Assembly: GCA_965207735.1 (NCBI GenBank)
Contig: OZ242296.1
Span: forward strand, 1,120,001 to 1,184,000
Direction: 5' to 3'
Length of the DNA stretch: 64,000 nt
Source: Candidatus Versatilivorator sp.
GTDB lineage: Bacteria; Acidobacteriota; Terriglobia; Versatilivoradales; Versatilivoraceae
This document shows positions 1 to 9,980 of this stretch, piece after piece. The position numbers were made by a program, and so were the translations under genes. Each line of letters begins with the position of its first letter. Position 1 is the first letter of the stretch. The notes beneath the pieces were generated by a model. That model saw only the letters and a list, made by a program, of their open reading frames with translations, was not told the origin of the DNA and did not search any database.

Positions 1-354
1 GAGGACGCCAAAGAGAACGTGGCAACGAGAAACGCGCAGGGGCCATTTCCAGAGAGGGACACTGAAATAGACCCTTGGGTGGTTTTGGAGACGGATCCCC
101 GGGAGTTTTCAGTGTGTGAACGTGTTTCACACGGGGAAAAGGAGAAAGCTGTTTCATTTAAGCTGATGAAGAAGTCAATAAGAATCGACGGGTATTCACT
201 GTCTCCGATGGACGTGGTTCCCTACTACAATGAAAGAAGTGAAATCCGGTATCGGCTTGAGGACGCCAAGATTTCCGACTTTGTTATCGGCAACAATCTC
301 ATGCGATGGGAAGTGCTTCAGCAAGTGTTGGGTGACCTGTTCTTCTCCTTCTAA
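1..354 (+). CDS. Hypothetical protein, 3' part (frame open to window edge)
   Basis: Frame 1 is open from base 1 to TAA at 352-354; protein-like composition; no recognisable motif. Confidence 0.45.
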   Translation, partial: EDAKENVATRNAQGPFPERDTEIDPWVVLETDPREFSVCERVSHGEKEKAVSFKLMKKSIRIDGYSLSPMDVVPYYNERSEIRYRLEDAKISDFVIGNNLMRWEVLQQVLGDLFFSF

Positions 355-1180
355 GTAGCACTTATGGCGATATGGACTTCAGTCCCCGCCGAGGTCGCCG
401 CCAGCTTAGGTATGCGTCGGCCGCGCATCGATTGACGATTTTTGCCTCTGGGGGTCAGGGCGATGCCGTCGTATTGGTGACAGCGGATACATTCGAACGC
501 GAAGGAGCCAGATAGGTCTATGAAGCTTACAACAGGCCATAAGGGAGTGATCTCTCCCGCCAGGCGAAACGGCATGGGACTGATCTCTTTCCTTAACTGT
601 GGGGGCGTATCCGCCTGTAGTGAGTCCGCTAGACTTCCTGCCTGCGCCCGGCGTCAATCACCTGATACCGGATATCGAATACTGTGCGGCACTGGTCCCC
701 GCCGATGACCTGCTCGGCGAACCGATGCCTGAGGCCCGAGGTCCAGCCTGAACTGACAGTCCCGATGGCGTACATTCCGGCCGTTTTGGCCATGCCCGGA
801 AGAGTCATCGAACTCGGCTTTCTCATCGGCTCGGCCGCCTTCCCGCCAAGGATCACTGTGGAGGGAGCGCCCCTGTACCTTTCTGAGAAGGACCTTTCGC
901 AGATAATTGCGTAGAGGTTGGGCAGACCGTCTTCAGGCCGGGCGTGTTTCCATGGCCGGTCCATACGGTCCAACGGCATCCGATGTCGTCCATAAGTATC
1001 TGAATACTCAGTCACTTGTCCCCAACTAGGGCCTTGACTCATCCGATCCCAGCTCGATACCATCGCTGTTGCTTCCACAGCTTTGGAGAGGTGGAGGAGG
1101 CGGTTGTGAGGGCACCTCGCCGTCCGGGATTGCCCCCCCCATGCGGTCGCGTTGCTCGGAAGAGGAGAGAGCGGATCCAG

Positions 1181-1377
1181 GTGCGCCGCCGCGCCGTGCG
1201 AGGCGGGGACAGCGAGGCCGGCGCTGCACCGCGTAGTGCCGGGGAGCCAGCCTACCCAATGTAATACATTGGGGCTGGCGAGGGGCTCCGGCCCCTTCGA
1301 ACCCCGACCCCGGGGGAGTTCCCCCTGGCCCCCCAATCACCCCGCCCCCTTCCCCCTCTCCAGTTACGGAAACCTCG
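1181..1377. other. Candidate oriT/bom region of the ColE1-type mob cassette
   Basis: Immediately upstream of mobC; hairpin GCCAGC-cta-CCCAATGTA-A-TACATTGGG-GCTGGC (~1246-1279); minus strand has CTGGCT resembling the ColE1-family nic CTGG/CTTA; a second copy occurs at ~14632-15715. Confidence 0.6.
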
Positions 1378-1713
1378 ATGGCGCGAGAGGCGACAGCCAC
1401 GGTGCGGGTGTCGGCCGCCGAGCTGGCCGAGTGGCGCGGCAAGGCGCGGGCGGCCGGGGTGTCGCTGTCCGAGCTGCTGCGCCGGGCCATGGCGCGGACC
1501 CGGACCTGGACGGCTGCTGCTGCCGCCGTGGAGCGGGAGCGGACCCGGGAGCTGGCGCGGATCGGAAACAACCTGAACCAGATTGCGCGCTGGGCCAACA
1601 CCTACAAGCAGGGAGCCGAGGCAGTTGCCGTGGTGGCGCATCTGTCGGCCATCCAGCGGGCGCTCGATGCGCTGTCTGGAGTCCACAGGGGGAGAGAGAC
1701 CGATGCACGTTAA
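1378..1713 (+). CDS. mobC: Relaxosome accessory protein MobC/MbeC (ribbon-helix-helix)
   Basis: N-terminal RHH pattern (TVRVSAAELAEW..A..GVSLSELLR) and MobC signature ELARIGNNLNQIAR; overlaps the relaxase start. Confidence 0.9.
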   Translation: MAREATATVRVSAAELAEWRGKARAAGVSLSELLRRAMARTRTWTAAAAAVERERTRELARIGNNLNQIARWANTYKQGAEAVAVVAHLSAIQRALDALSGVHRGRETDAR

Positions 1714-3199
1714 GTTCCTCGCCCGGGGATCGGGATCGGCGGGGGCGGCGGCCGAGTACCTGCTGGAGGAGAGGAACGCGTCCGGGGAGGAGCGGGAAGA
1801 AGTCGAGGTGCTGCGGGGGGATCCGTGGCGGGTGGCGGAGGTGGCCGACAGCCTGGAGTTCGAGCACCGCTACACCTCGGGAGTGATCGCCTGGGCGCCG
1901 GAGGACGAGCCCAGCGATGACGAGATTGAGCAGACGCTGGATGAGTTCGAGCGCACGGCCTGGGCAGGGCTCGAGGAGGAGCGCTACGCCTGGTCGGCGG
2001 TGCTGCATCGGGAGACGGAAGGCGGCGTGCACGTGCATGTGCTGGCGGCGCGGTGTGATCTGGAGACCGGGAAGAGCCTGAATATCGCGCCGCCGGGATG
2101 GCAGAAGACCTTCGACGCGTTGCGGGACTCGCTCAATTACGAGCATGGGTGGAGCCGGCCGGACGATCCGGAGCGGGCGCGGGTGGTCCAGCCGGGGCAC
2201 CGGGCGGGGGTGGAGGCGACCCGGCTGCGGGCCGGACTTGCAGTCGAGCCCGAGCCGCGGGAGCTGATCCGGGACTACCTGGTTGAGAGGATCGAGAGCG
2301 AGGCCGTCCGGGACCGGGCCGGCGTTGTGGCGGCATTGCGGGAGGCGGGCCTGGAGGTGCCCCGCGAGGGGAAGCACTACATCACCGCTCGGGATCCGGA
2401 GAGCGGGTCCCGGTGGCGCTTGAAGGGGGCGATCTATGAAGCAGACTTCCAGCGCAGCCGGTTTGTCGGCCCGGCTGCGGCAGAAACTGGAGCAGGAGAG
2501 GCAAGAGATCGAGAGCGTGACCGGCAGCGAGCTGCGCAGGCTCGGAGAGAACTTGAGGCGCATCGCGAGCGAAGAGCGGCGTATCACCGAAGCCGCTACG
2601 GAGGAAGCGATCAGGCGGCTGCGCGGGATGTTGCTGTTGAGCTGGCTGCGGCCGCTGGTGATCGGAGTAGTGCTCTCGATCGGCATCTGCGTGGGGAGCT
2701 GGGGAACGATGCAGTGGTTGGGGCGGCAGATCCAGAGCCGGATAGAGACCAGGGCCTCCCTGGAGCTGGAGATCGAGCGGCAGCGGGAGACCGTGGAGCG
2801 GTTGAAGCAGAGCAGCTGGGGGATCCGGCTGCAGGAGTCTCCAAAGGGGCGGTTCGTGGTGCTGCCGCCGGGGACGCTGGACCATCCGCCCTGGAGAGTG
2901 GGCGGGAGGCCTGCCGTGAGGCTCTCGAAAAAGTGAGGGAGCTCTATGACCGAATTGGAACGGCAGTTGACGAAGGCCTTGCGAGAGTTGTCGGGGCAGT
3001 ACGAGCGGGAACAGAAGCAGCAGGCCGAGCGGGTCGAGGACTTGCGGCGGCAGGTCGAGCTGCTCGCAGGGCAAGTGCAGCTGTTGGCCCGGGACTACAG
3101 GAAGCTCGCCGGGACATTGCGCACTCACTGGAGGTGATGCGCCGGGCGGGGGAGGAGCGGTGGCGGGAGCGGAACCGAGGGATCGACCTTGGCCGCTAG
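1703..3199 (+). CDS. mobA: Relaxase, ColE1 MbeA/MobA-like (MOBP5-like) with 3H motif
   Basis: ATG at 1703: MHVKFLARGSGS..AEYLL (catalytic Tyr), YTSGVIAWA, LHRETEGGVHVHVL, DLETGKSLNIAPPGW, GWSRPDDPERAR. Confidence 0.9.
   Translation: MHVKFLARGSGSAGAAAEYLLEERNASGEEREEVEVLRGDPWRVAEVADSLEFEHRYTSGVIAWAPEDEPSDDEIEQTLDEFERTAWAGLEEERYAWSAVLHRETEGGVHVHVLAARCDLETGKSLNIAPPGWQKTFDALRDSLNYEHGWSRPDDPERARVVQPGHRAGVEATRLRAGLAVEPEPRELIRDYLVERIESEAVRDRAGVVAALREAGLEVPREGKHYITARDPESGSRWRLKGAIYEADFQRSRFVGPAAAETGAGEARDRERDRQRAAQARRELEAHRERRAAYHRSRYGGSDQAAARDVAVELAAAAGDRSSALDRHLRGELGNDAVVGAADPEPDRDQGLPGAGDRAAAGDRGAVEAEQLGDPAAGVSKGAVRGAAAGDAGPSALESGREACREALEKVRELYDRIGTAVDEGLARVVGAVRAGTEAAGRAGRGLAAAGRAARRASAAVGPGLQEARRDIAHSLEVMRRAGEERWRERNRGIDLGR
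2436..2936 (+). CDS. MbeB/MobB-like mobilisation protein nested in an alternative frame of the relaxase
   Basis: Coiled-coil N-terminus, one TM segment, C-terminal WGIRLQE..GRFVVLP; same nested position as ColE1 mbeB. Confidence 0.75.
   Translation: MKQTSSAAGLSARLRQKLEQERQEIESVTGSELRRLGENLRRIASEERRITEAATEEAIRRLRGMLLLSWLRPLVIGVVLSIGICVGSWGTMQWLGRQIQSRIETRASLELEIERQRETVERLKQSSWGIRLQESPKGRFVVLPPGTLDHPPWRVGGRPAVRLSKK
2946..3137 (+). CDS. MbeD/MobD-like protein nested within the relaxase gene
   Basis: MTELERQL..AL..L start typical of MbeD; short coiled coil directly after the mbeB-like ORF. Confidence 0.8.
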   Translation: MTELERQLTKALRELSGQYEREQKQQAERVEDLRRQVELLAGQVQLLARDYRKLAGTLRTHWR

Positions 3200-4431
3200 C
3201 TTCTCCGGGAGCGTACCGCATCCGACGATGCCCCTTGGGCCAGGTATCTCGCCCAATCGTCCATCAGGCGGCGCCGGCGCTCGAACAGGTCCGAGCGCCG
3301 GTAGGCGGCCTCGATCTGGTTGCGGACCTTGTGCGCCAGCGCCGCCTCCGCCACCTCTCGGGGATGATCCGTTTCCTCGGCCGCCCAGTCCCGAAACGAC
3401 GACCGGAACCCGTGGGGCACAGCCGCGATCTTCAACTCCCTGAGCAACTCCGACATCGCCGTGTTCCCGATCGGCTTTCCCCCTATGCTCGGAAACACCA
3501 GCGGGCTTCTGCGACCCAGCCTTCGCGCCTCAGCGAGAACCTCCAACGCACGCCCGCACAACGGCACCCGGTGCTCGCGGTTCCCCTTCGTGCGCGAGGC
3601 CGGAATGCTCCACACGCCCGCCTCCCGGTCGATCTCCTTCCAGGCCGCCCCACGGACCTCGCCCGAGCGTGCCGCCGTCAGCACCAGCAGCTCGAATGCC
3701 AGCTTCACTACCGGCCGCGCCTTCGACGCGCGCACCTTGCGGATCGCCTCCGCCACCTCACCATGCGGCAACGCCCGCATGTGACGCACGCCATTGCCCT
3801 GCAATCCCAGCACCGGGCCGATCCGGTCGCACGGGTTGTCGGGCCGCAGATCCATCGCCACTGCCCATTCCATGACCGCCCGGATGCGCTGGCGCAGTTT
3901 CCGGGCCGTCGCCGCCTTGCCGTGCCAGATCGGGGCCAGAATCCCGATCACGTCGGCGCTGGACACCTCGGAAACCGGCATCCCGCCGATGCGGGGCAAG
4001 GCGTGGCGCTTGAGGCTGCCCAGCCAGAGGTCGGCATGCTGGGGCGAACGCCAGCCCGGCCGCAGCTGCTTCCAGACCTGCCGGGTCGCGTCCGTGAAGG
4101 TGGGCGTCGACTCAGAGCGGCGCTTCTCCGACAGGGGATCGCCCCCCTCGCGGGCCAGCTTCCGGTTGGCGAAAGCCTTCTCCCGGGCTTCCTTCAGCGA
4201 AACCAGGGGGAAGCCGCCGAGCCCGAGCTCGGTGCGGCGGCCACGGATGGTGAGGCGCTGCACCCAGCCCCGGCTGCCCGTGGTTCGGACATCGAGATAG
4301 AGGCCCTGGCCGTCGCAGTAGCGTCCGGCGCGGCTGACGTTGCGCACGAAGGCGGGCGTGAGGTCGCTTTCGGGATGCTGGCCGCGCGGCTTGCGTTGCG
4401 GGGGGCGTTTGGCGAGTATCATACCCGCCAT
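3196..4431 (-). CDS. P4-like tyrosine integrase (int1, intact)
   Basis: Arm-binding N-terminus (DGQGLYL..WVQR..LGLGGFP.VSL.EAR), LTAARSGE, PHGFRSSFRDW, LAH, EAAY; likely start ATG 4431 or 4422. Confidence 0.95.
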   Translation of the reverse strand: MAGMILAKRPPQRKPRGQHPESDLTPAFVRNVSRAGRYCDGQGLYLDVRTTGSRGWVQRLTIRGRRTELGLGGFPLVSLKEAREKAFANRKLAREGGDPLSEKRRSESTPTFTDATRQVWKQLRPGWRSPQHADLWLGSLKRHALPRIGGMPVSEVSSADVIGILAPIWHGKAATARKLRQRIRAVMEWAVAMDLRPDNPCDRIGPVLGLQGNGVRHMRALPHGEVAEAIRKVRASKARPVVKLAFELLVLTAARSGEVRGAAWKEIDREAGVWSIPASRTKGNREHRVPLCGRALEVLAEARRLGRRSPLVFPSIGGKPIGNTAMSELLRELKIAAVPHGFRSSFRDWAAEETDHPREVAEAALAHKVRNQIEAAYRRSDLFERRRRLMDDWARYLAQGASSDAVRSRRS

Positions 4432-4948
4432 TATACCCCCATAAAATGATGGATGCAAGGGTACGGTGCGGACCGCTACGGGAAAAGGACGGATGCTCAA
4501 ATATAATTATAACTGGCAGTTATATAGACATTTATGGACATTACTGGACGTGGTTGGACGACCATCTCATTCTAAGTAAGGATTCCCTGCGGGAAGACGG
4601 AAGAGCCAATTTGGACCGAGATCGATAGGGAGGTGGTATGTTCCCAGAGAACCAGACCGGCTTTGAGGTCAGGGGTTCAATAGATTCTCGGCAGAACCTG
4701 TCCCACGACCAAGTAGTAGATTCAGGCTCGGATGGCCGAGAGGTGTCACTATGGGCGTGTAACCCTGGAGCTACCCCTGGCGATGAGTGGACAAATAAGC
4801 AAGAGCATTTATTGGCCAGCAGCGCGGGCGATGAGCGCGGGGTAAGTGGGGACGTTTCTCTTTGCGACAGTGATTAAAAAATGCTCATTCGTAGCGGAAG
4901 TTGAGGGGACGCAAGCCTGCCCGGCAAAGATCACGGATTGGGGGCAAC

Positions 4949-5503
4949 TTACTCGTCCAGCTCTTCAGCGAGCGCTTGGACTCCTTGTCGCTCAAGGATC
5001 CCCTTCAGCCTGGATCTTTCGACTCGGCGAGCTTGCATTTGTCCTGCAATGTGTCTTGAATAATCCAGCGTGTCAGGGCCCCAGCTTGAACGATCAGAGA
5101 ACAAGACATAGTCCAACGCCAAGTCGTAATCCACAGCGCTCCCATCCGCTGAAGGTATGCTCAGCTTTCCGTTCCAAGAAGCACCAGGAGCCAAACCCGA
5201 GTTCGATTCTTCAGGAACAACGACCACTTTTGACGACCTGCTGACCTCACTGCCGTCCTCTTTGAAGTGGCGGGAGGTTAAGACCCACGCAATCGCTACT
5301 TTGTGGGACAGGTTAGTTACCCGTAGGTCAACGGCAGCTCCACCTTCTGGGTGCACGACCGTGCCCAATTTGAGGTGTTGCAACGGCGCTGTCCTGGCCA
5401 CATTCGCCACTGTGGTGACGACGTTGCGGTCGCGGTTTATTTGACTAACAGCAATCGAGGCGCATGCCACGGCGATCATTGAGAAAAGTAGAACCTTACG
5501 CAT
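4949..5503 (-). CDS. Exported hypothetical protein
   Basis: GGAGGAG RBS, signal peptide MRKVLLFSMIAVACASIAVSQ, beta-rich body. Confidence 0.75.
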   Translation of the reverse strand: MRKVLLFSMIAVACASIAVSQINRDRNVVTTVANVARTAPLQHLKLGTVVHPEGGAAVDLRVTNLSHKVAIAWVLTSRHFKEDGSEVSRSSKVVVVPEESNSGLAPGASWNGKLSIPSADGSAVDYDLALDYVLFSDRSSWGPDTLDYSRHIAGQMQARRVERSRLKGILERQGVQALAEELDE

Positions 5504-5525
5504 TGCTCCTCCTCTTCGTCCTAAC

Positions 5526-6335
5526 CTAGTTTAACGGTTGTTTGAGGTTTCGATGCGCTTCCTGGAGCCTGGCGGCAAGTTTCTGCGCCTCGCCTATTTG
5601 CTCGGCGGTCATCCTTGGTCTGAGCTCGTCCTTCAGCTTGAATGCTCTCTCGTCACCCTGGGCGGCGGCAAGAATGAACCAGGTGTAGCCTTGCATGTAG
5701 TCCTCCGGAACTCCCTCGCCTTTGGCGTACATGTCGCCCAACTCGTATTGTGCACTGGCATAGCCCTGCTCAGCGGCCAGCCGATACCACTTCACCGCCT
5801 CTTGGTGATTCTCAAGCAGCCCTCTGCCGTAGCGGTACATGAAGCCCAAGGCTGTTTGAGCCCTGGCGTGTCTCTGTTCGGCGGCTTGGCGGACCCACTT
5901 CACCCCTTTCCTGCTGTCCTTCGATACCCCCTTGCCAAGGAAGTACATGTGCCCCAGGGCGGTTTGAGCTTCGGCATCTCCCTGCTCGGCCGCTTTCCGG
6001 TACCACGTCGCTGCTTCTTGGTCGTCCTTCGGCACTCCCTCGCCGACGCGGTGCATATGGCCGAGATGGAGCTGAGCCCTGGCGAATCCTTGTTCGGCGG
6101 CTTGGCGGATCCACGTCGCGGCTTCCACGAGGTTCTCTGCTACCCCTTCGCCCCTGGCGTACATGCGGCCGAGCGTGAATTGCGCACTGGAATCTCCTTG
6201 TTCAGCGGCCTGGCGCAACTTTGTAATCTCCTGGTCCTCGGCGAGCCCAGGGCGAAACCCGGCCAGAACGACCACGGCAGCAAAGACAAGTATCGCCTGC
6301 CGTCGGCAAGTATTTCGGTTGGTCGTGATTTCCAT
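5526..6335 (-). CDS. Sel1-like repeat protein, exported
   Basis: About five repeats of AAEQG.A.AQ..LG.MY..G.GV; N-terminal hydrophobic signal. Confidence 0.92.
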   Translation of the reverse strand: MEITTNRNTCRRQAILVFAAVVVLAGFRPGLAEDQEITKLRQAAEQGDSSAQFTLGRMYARGEGVAENLVEAATWIRQAAEQGFARAQLHLGHMHRVGEGVPKDDQEAATWYRKAAEQGDAEAQTALGHMYFLGKGVSKDSRKGVKWVRQAAEQRHARAQTALGFMYRYGRGLLENHQEAVKWYRLAAEQGYASAQYELGDMYAKGEGVPEDYMQGYTWFILAAAQGDERAFKLKDELRPRMTAEQIGEAQKLAARLQEAHRNLKQPLN

Positions 6336-6806
6336 CGCACACTCCCATAGCTTGTTCAAATCTGGGTCTCAATAACGTTTGAGACAACTCACTCAGCCAT
6401 GTTCTTCGGAGTTGTTCTGGCGAGTCGATCACGTTCGAATCGGAGGATTTCTTGAATGCGGTCCAGTCCCTTTTCGTTTGACTCTCTCAACAGAACTGCC
6501 CTGAAGCTGGCCACACTCAGCCGTCTCTGCATCACGACAAGTCCTGATTCGTTACCTGGACATCAATTTGACGGATCGGCGCCGGCATATTCAGGCGAAC
6601 GTCTCTCAGCTAAAATTCGACCTAAAGCTCCTGGGCGGGTCGAAATTCTCCCAAGCGGTCCTCCGCGTTCTCGATCAGGGAAATGAACGGGGAGAGCAGA
6701 CTAGGGGTTCGGCTCAAATGCTACGCATGAGGCGCCCGCCGTCGCTCTCCATACCTGAGTGCCAGTTCGTCCACGGCATTGGCTCCTCCTCAAGGCCAAT
6801 TCATCA

Positions 6807-9503
6807 TCAGTTCGCCGCCGACAACGTCACCAGGGATTCCTGCACCGTCTGACCCGGTGAAAGCTCGATCCGCTTCGAATCCTTTGTCAGGCTTCTCAGG
6901 TAGTCAGGATCCCACTCATTCCCGGTTTGGTGATCGACCAGGGCGCACACCAGATACTTCCCCGGGACCAGTCCTTCCAATGAATAATATCCGCTCTGGT
7001 CCGTCTGAGTTGTCCGGGTGAAGCGCGAGGGGTAATCCCTGCGTTGGAGGTCGGCGGAAAAGACCAGGACTGTCGCCCCCGTCGCCACTGCCCGCTCTTC
7101 CGCCTGTTCGACACGACCATTAATCCGAGCACCCTGGGACGAAATGTGAATCTCCATCCCATCCAGGCGGTCATTGCTTTTCAGCACTATCGGACGATCC
7201 GTGATGTCCTGACCGTCGACACGGATGGAGGAGATATAGTGATTCCCCGGAGGGAGCCTGACCATCAAGTGATAGGAGCCCTCGGGATGGTTCGCAATCT
7301 TAAAGGTGAGATCCTCTTCGATTGAGGCCCTGATGCCACCGAAGGACAGTCGATTGAGGTTATCCCTTGATGGGGACATACCTAACGAGATCCGGCGCCA
7401 ATCCAGGTCGGCCCGCTCACCGTCCACCAGGATTCTGCCGGTGATGTCGGTCCCCTTGGCAAGCATCAAGGTCAAGCCGCTCTGATCCTGGTCCACCACC
7501 TCCACGTCCGCAGTGGCCAGCTGCTGGTCCTCGCCGCTCCCCGAACGGGCGTAGAGACGATATCCGCCGGGAAGAAGACCCGAAACCTTGAATTGGCCCT
7601 TCAGATCCGTGGTCGTGTTCTGTCGCATCCCGATGTTGATTTCCTTGCCCGACTGCTTCATGGATACGATCCAAGCCGAATAAGCCGGCTTGCCTTCCGG
7701 CGTCAGCACCCGGCCGCTGACGCTGTAACTGGAACCCTCGATCACGGTGATATTGAAGCCTCCGGCTTCTTCTCCTGCAGTCATCTTGATCGTGGCTGCT
7801 TCCTCGACGCTCAGGACTCCAGGGTAGTAGGTCGGCGCGAACGACCGCATCGGTCTCCGCGAGTCGCCAAATAGGGGACGAGGGGACACTCGCAGGTAGT
7901 AGTCGCCAGGGGGGACGCCGAAGATGCGAAAGTACCCCCGGTCATCGGTCTCGTCGTGTCCGGAAGGCAGCAAGCGGTCCTTGCCTCCCAGGCTCCGCAT
8001 AACCCTCAAACGGACGGCAACCCGCTCCACAGGTTCCTTGTCCTGGTCCACCACCCTGCCTTCCACGACGCCGCCTCGGATGAGACTGAAGTCAATGTTC
8101 TCCACGACTTGTCCGGGACCGATCGTCAGCGCGGTACCGACACTGTCTATTCTCAAGCTATAGGCGGTCTTTTGGCCGTAGTTGCGGGGAAGGTAGCCGT
8201 GTCGGGTTGCCCTCAGGGTGTACTGACCCGGGTCAAGGTCTTTGAATGTGTACTGGCCGCTGCTATCGGTCCGTACGGTTCGGGGCGGGTCGTGACGGGG
8301 TGCGGTCTTCGAACGGAGCGAGAGTGTGGCTTTGGCCAACGGATGGCCACTGTCTTCTGCGACGACCTTTCCTTGGATCCCACCGGGAATTCGGTCCTCA
8401 GTTTCCAGACCGGGCGGCGTGCTCCAGGCAGCGTAGGCATCCCAGTTCACAAGGCCTGTGCCCACAGAGAAGATGGACAAACCCGCCACAAATCCAATTA
8501 TCAAGGCCCATTCAAGGACGCCGAGTTTTCGTGGCAGTCCGGTCGACAGGAGGTGGACCATCCGTCTTTTGAGGCTTGAACCGCCAATGGAAGAGGTTCC
8601 CACCAGCCGCTGTTCCACACACGCCCTGACAACCTTCAAGATTCCCGAGATGTAAGTTTCGGGGGATTGCCTGATCCGCAAGACTTCTTCATCGCAGGCC
8701 CGCTCCCGCTCCTCAAACAACTTCCTGTCGATGAGCCATACAAGGGGATAAAACCACAGCAGTGCAAAGATGACTTTTTGTAGAACGGCGGCGAGGTTGT
8801 CCCTGCGCTTCACATGAAGCAGCTCGTGGAGTATGACCGCTTCGAGTTCCTCATCGCTCAAGCGGCTTGCGGCTCCTTCAGGTAACAGAACCGTGGGTCT
8901 CCAAATACCCCAAAGTCCTGCTTCTGTGACTTTGTCTGAGACGAGGAGGACAACGTCCTGTTTCAACTGAAGCTGGGAGCGGACCCGCTTCAGGATCTCC
9001 GTTTCTCTCGAAGAGGCGATCCGGTGGCTGGTCCTAACGGCCCGAGCTAAACTCAGAGAGCCTTTGGCCCAGCGAACAACAAAGAACAGGAACCCCGCGA
9101 GCCAAGTCAGCGTGAGCGTGCAATAAAGTTCGTTGTGGGCGGCAGTGGATACAGGTTGAGCCACGGGCGGCGGACTCAGGAGCAATGGCCGGAGGATTTC
9201 ATAGACGGGTCTTGCCGGGGCGGAAGTTAACGCCCCGTGGTTTGTTTGTTCCAGGGGCGGAGGAGTTAATGCTGGTCCTTCACCAGGAATTTCCGATACC
9301 ATCCATACCAACAGGAAAGAGGGAACGACCAGCTTGACCGCAGCCAGCAGCCAGAACCAGTAGCGGGTGCTTGCCGGCGCTCGCTTGAGCAAGCGGATAC
9401 CCAAAGCCAGCAATCCAATAAAGAGCGCTGCCTCCCAAAGATGCACCACAAGGTTGGGCCATAGCCAAGAAGACCACTCTGACAGCCATGAATGCATGTT
9501 CAT
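6807..9503 (-). CDS. BlaR1/MecR1-like M56 metallopeptidase with C-terminal carboxypeptidase-regulatory-like beta-sandwich domains
   Basis: HELLHVKRRD zinc motif, ERERACDE, TM helices; repeated G.V.G.V.D..G.P / TD..G.Y.F..L.PG.Y domains; AGGAGG RBS before ATG 9503. Confidence 0.9.
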   Translation of the reverse strand: MNMHSWLSEWSSWLWPNLVVHLWEAALFIGLLALGIRLLKRAPASTRYWFWLLAAVKLVVPSFLLVWMVSEIPGEGPALTPPPLEQTNHGALTSAPARPVYEILRPLLLSPPPVAQPVSTAAHNELYCTLTLTWLAGFLFFVVRWAKGSLSLARAVRTSHRIASSRETEILKRVRSQLQLKQDVVLLVSDKVTEAGLWGIWRPTVLLPEGAASRLSDEELEAVILHELLHVKRRDNLAAVLQKVIFALLWFYPLVWLIDRKLFEERERACDEEVLRIRQSPETYISGILKVVRACVEQRLVGTSSIGGSSLKRRMVHLLSTGLPRKLGVLEWALIIGFVAGLSIFSVGTGLVNWDAYAAWSTPPGLETEDRIPGGIQGKVVAEDSGHPLAKATLSLRSKTAPRHDPPRTVRTDSSGQYTFKDLDPGQYTLRATRHGYLPRNYGQKTAYSLRIDSVGTALTIGPGQVVENIDFSLIRGGVVEGRVVDQDKEPVERVAVRLRVMRSLGGKDRLLPSGHDETDDRGYFRIFGVPPGDYYLRVSPRPLFGDSRRPMRSFAPTYYPGVLSVEEAATIKMTAGEEAGGFNITVIEGSSYSVSGRVLTPEGKPAYSAWIVSMKQSGKEINIGMRQNTTTDLKGQFKVSGLLPGGYRLYARSGSGEDQQLATADVEVVDQDQSGLTLMLAKGTDITGRILVDGERADLDWRRISLGMSPSRDNLNRLSFGGIRASIEEDLTFKIANHPEGSYHLMVRLPPGNHYISSIRVDGQDITDRPIVLKSNDRLDGMEIHISSQGARINGRVEQAEERAVATGATVLVFSADLQRRDYPSRFTRTTQTDQSGYYSLEGLVPGKYLVCALVDHQTGNEWDPDYLRSLTKDSKRIELSPGQTVQESLVTLSAAN

Positions 9504-9547
9504 GAGAGATTGTCCTCCTTTCCTGCTTGCCAACTCCTGCTCAGGAT

Positions 9548-9967
9548 TCACTCGGTTTTTGGATCCACAGCGGTGGTGCTGTCACGACGGGTCTTTCTTT
9601 TCCGGAGGATCCTTTCCAGGTCCCGCAGGTCATCCAGGGTCAGTTTGCCTGTATCCGCCAGATGGGACATCACAGGCTGGGGTGAACCGCTGAACAACTC
9701 CAGAAAATCGTCCACCAGACGGCGGTAGGCCTGCGCGCGTGTAATGACTGGGACAAAGACATAGGCATTCCCGATCTTTCGCTGTTTCCGCAGAGCTCCC
9801 TTTGCCTCCAGGCGTAAGACCAGCGTCTGGACCGTCGTATAGGCGAGAGTCTTCCTTACAGGGAGTTGCTCCAGTACTTCCCTGATGGATGCCCTGCCGA
9901 GATTCCAGAGCGCTTCCATCGCCTTGAGCTCAAGAGGCGACAGTTTGATATTGTTCCTCTGTGTCAA
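9548..9967 (-). CDS. BlaI/MecI/CopY family repressor
   Basis: LSPLELKAMEALW, LAYTTVQTLVLRLEAKG, FSGSPQPVMSHL; TTG start after AGGAGG; directly upstream of the M56 gene. Confidence 0.9.
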   Translation of the reverse strand: MTQRNNIKLSPLELKAMEALWNLGRASIREVLEQLPVRKTLAYTTVQTLVLRLEAKGALRKQRKIGNAYVFVPVITRAQAYRRLVDDFLELFSGSPQPVMSHLADTGKLTLDDLRDLERILRKRKTRRDSTTAVDPKTE

Positions 9968-9980
9968 GAAAACACCTCCT

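Noticed and set aside
629-1336. 235-aa minus ORF as a replication protein
   Set aside because: It crosses the oriT and non-coding module fragments, and the frame is not conserved in other copies.
3160-4449. Long antisense ORFs opposite the integrases and other genes (also 23102-24079, 24324-25364, 25736-27232, 62040-63755)
   Set aside because: Shadow ORFs expected in high-GC coding DNA; no motifs.
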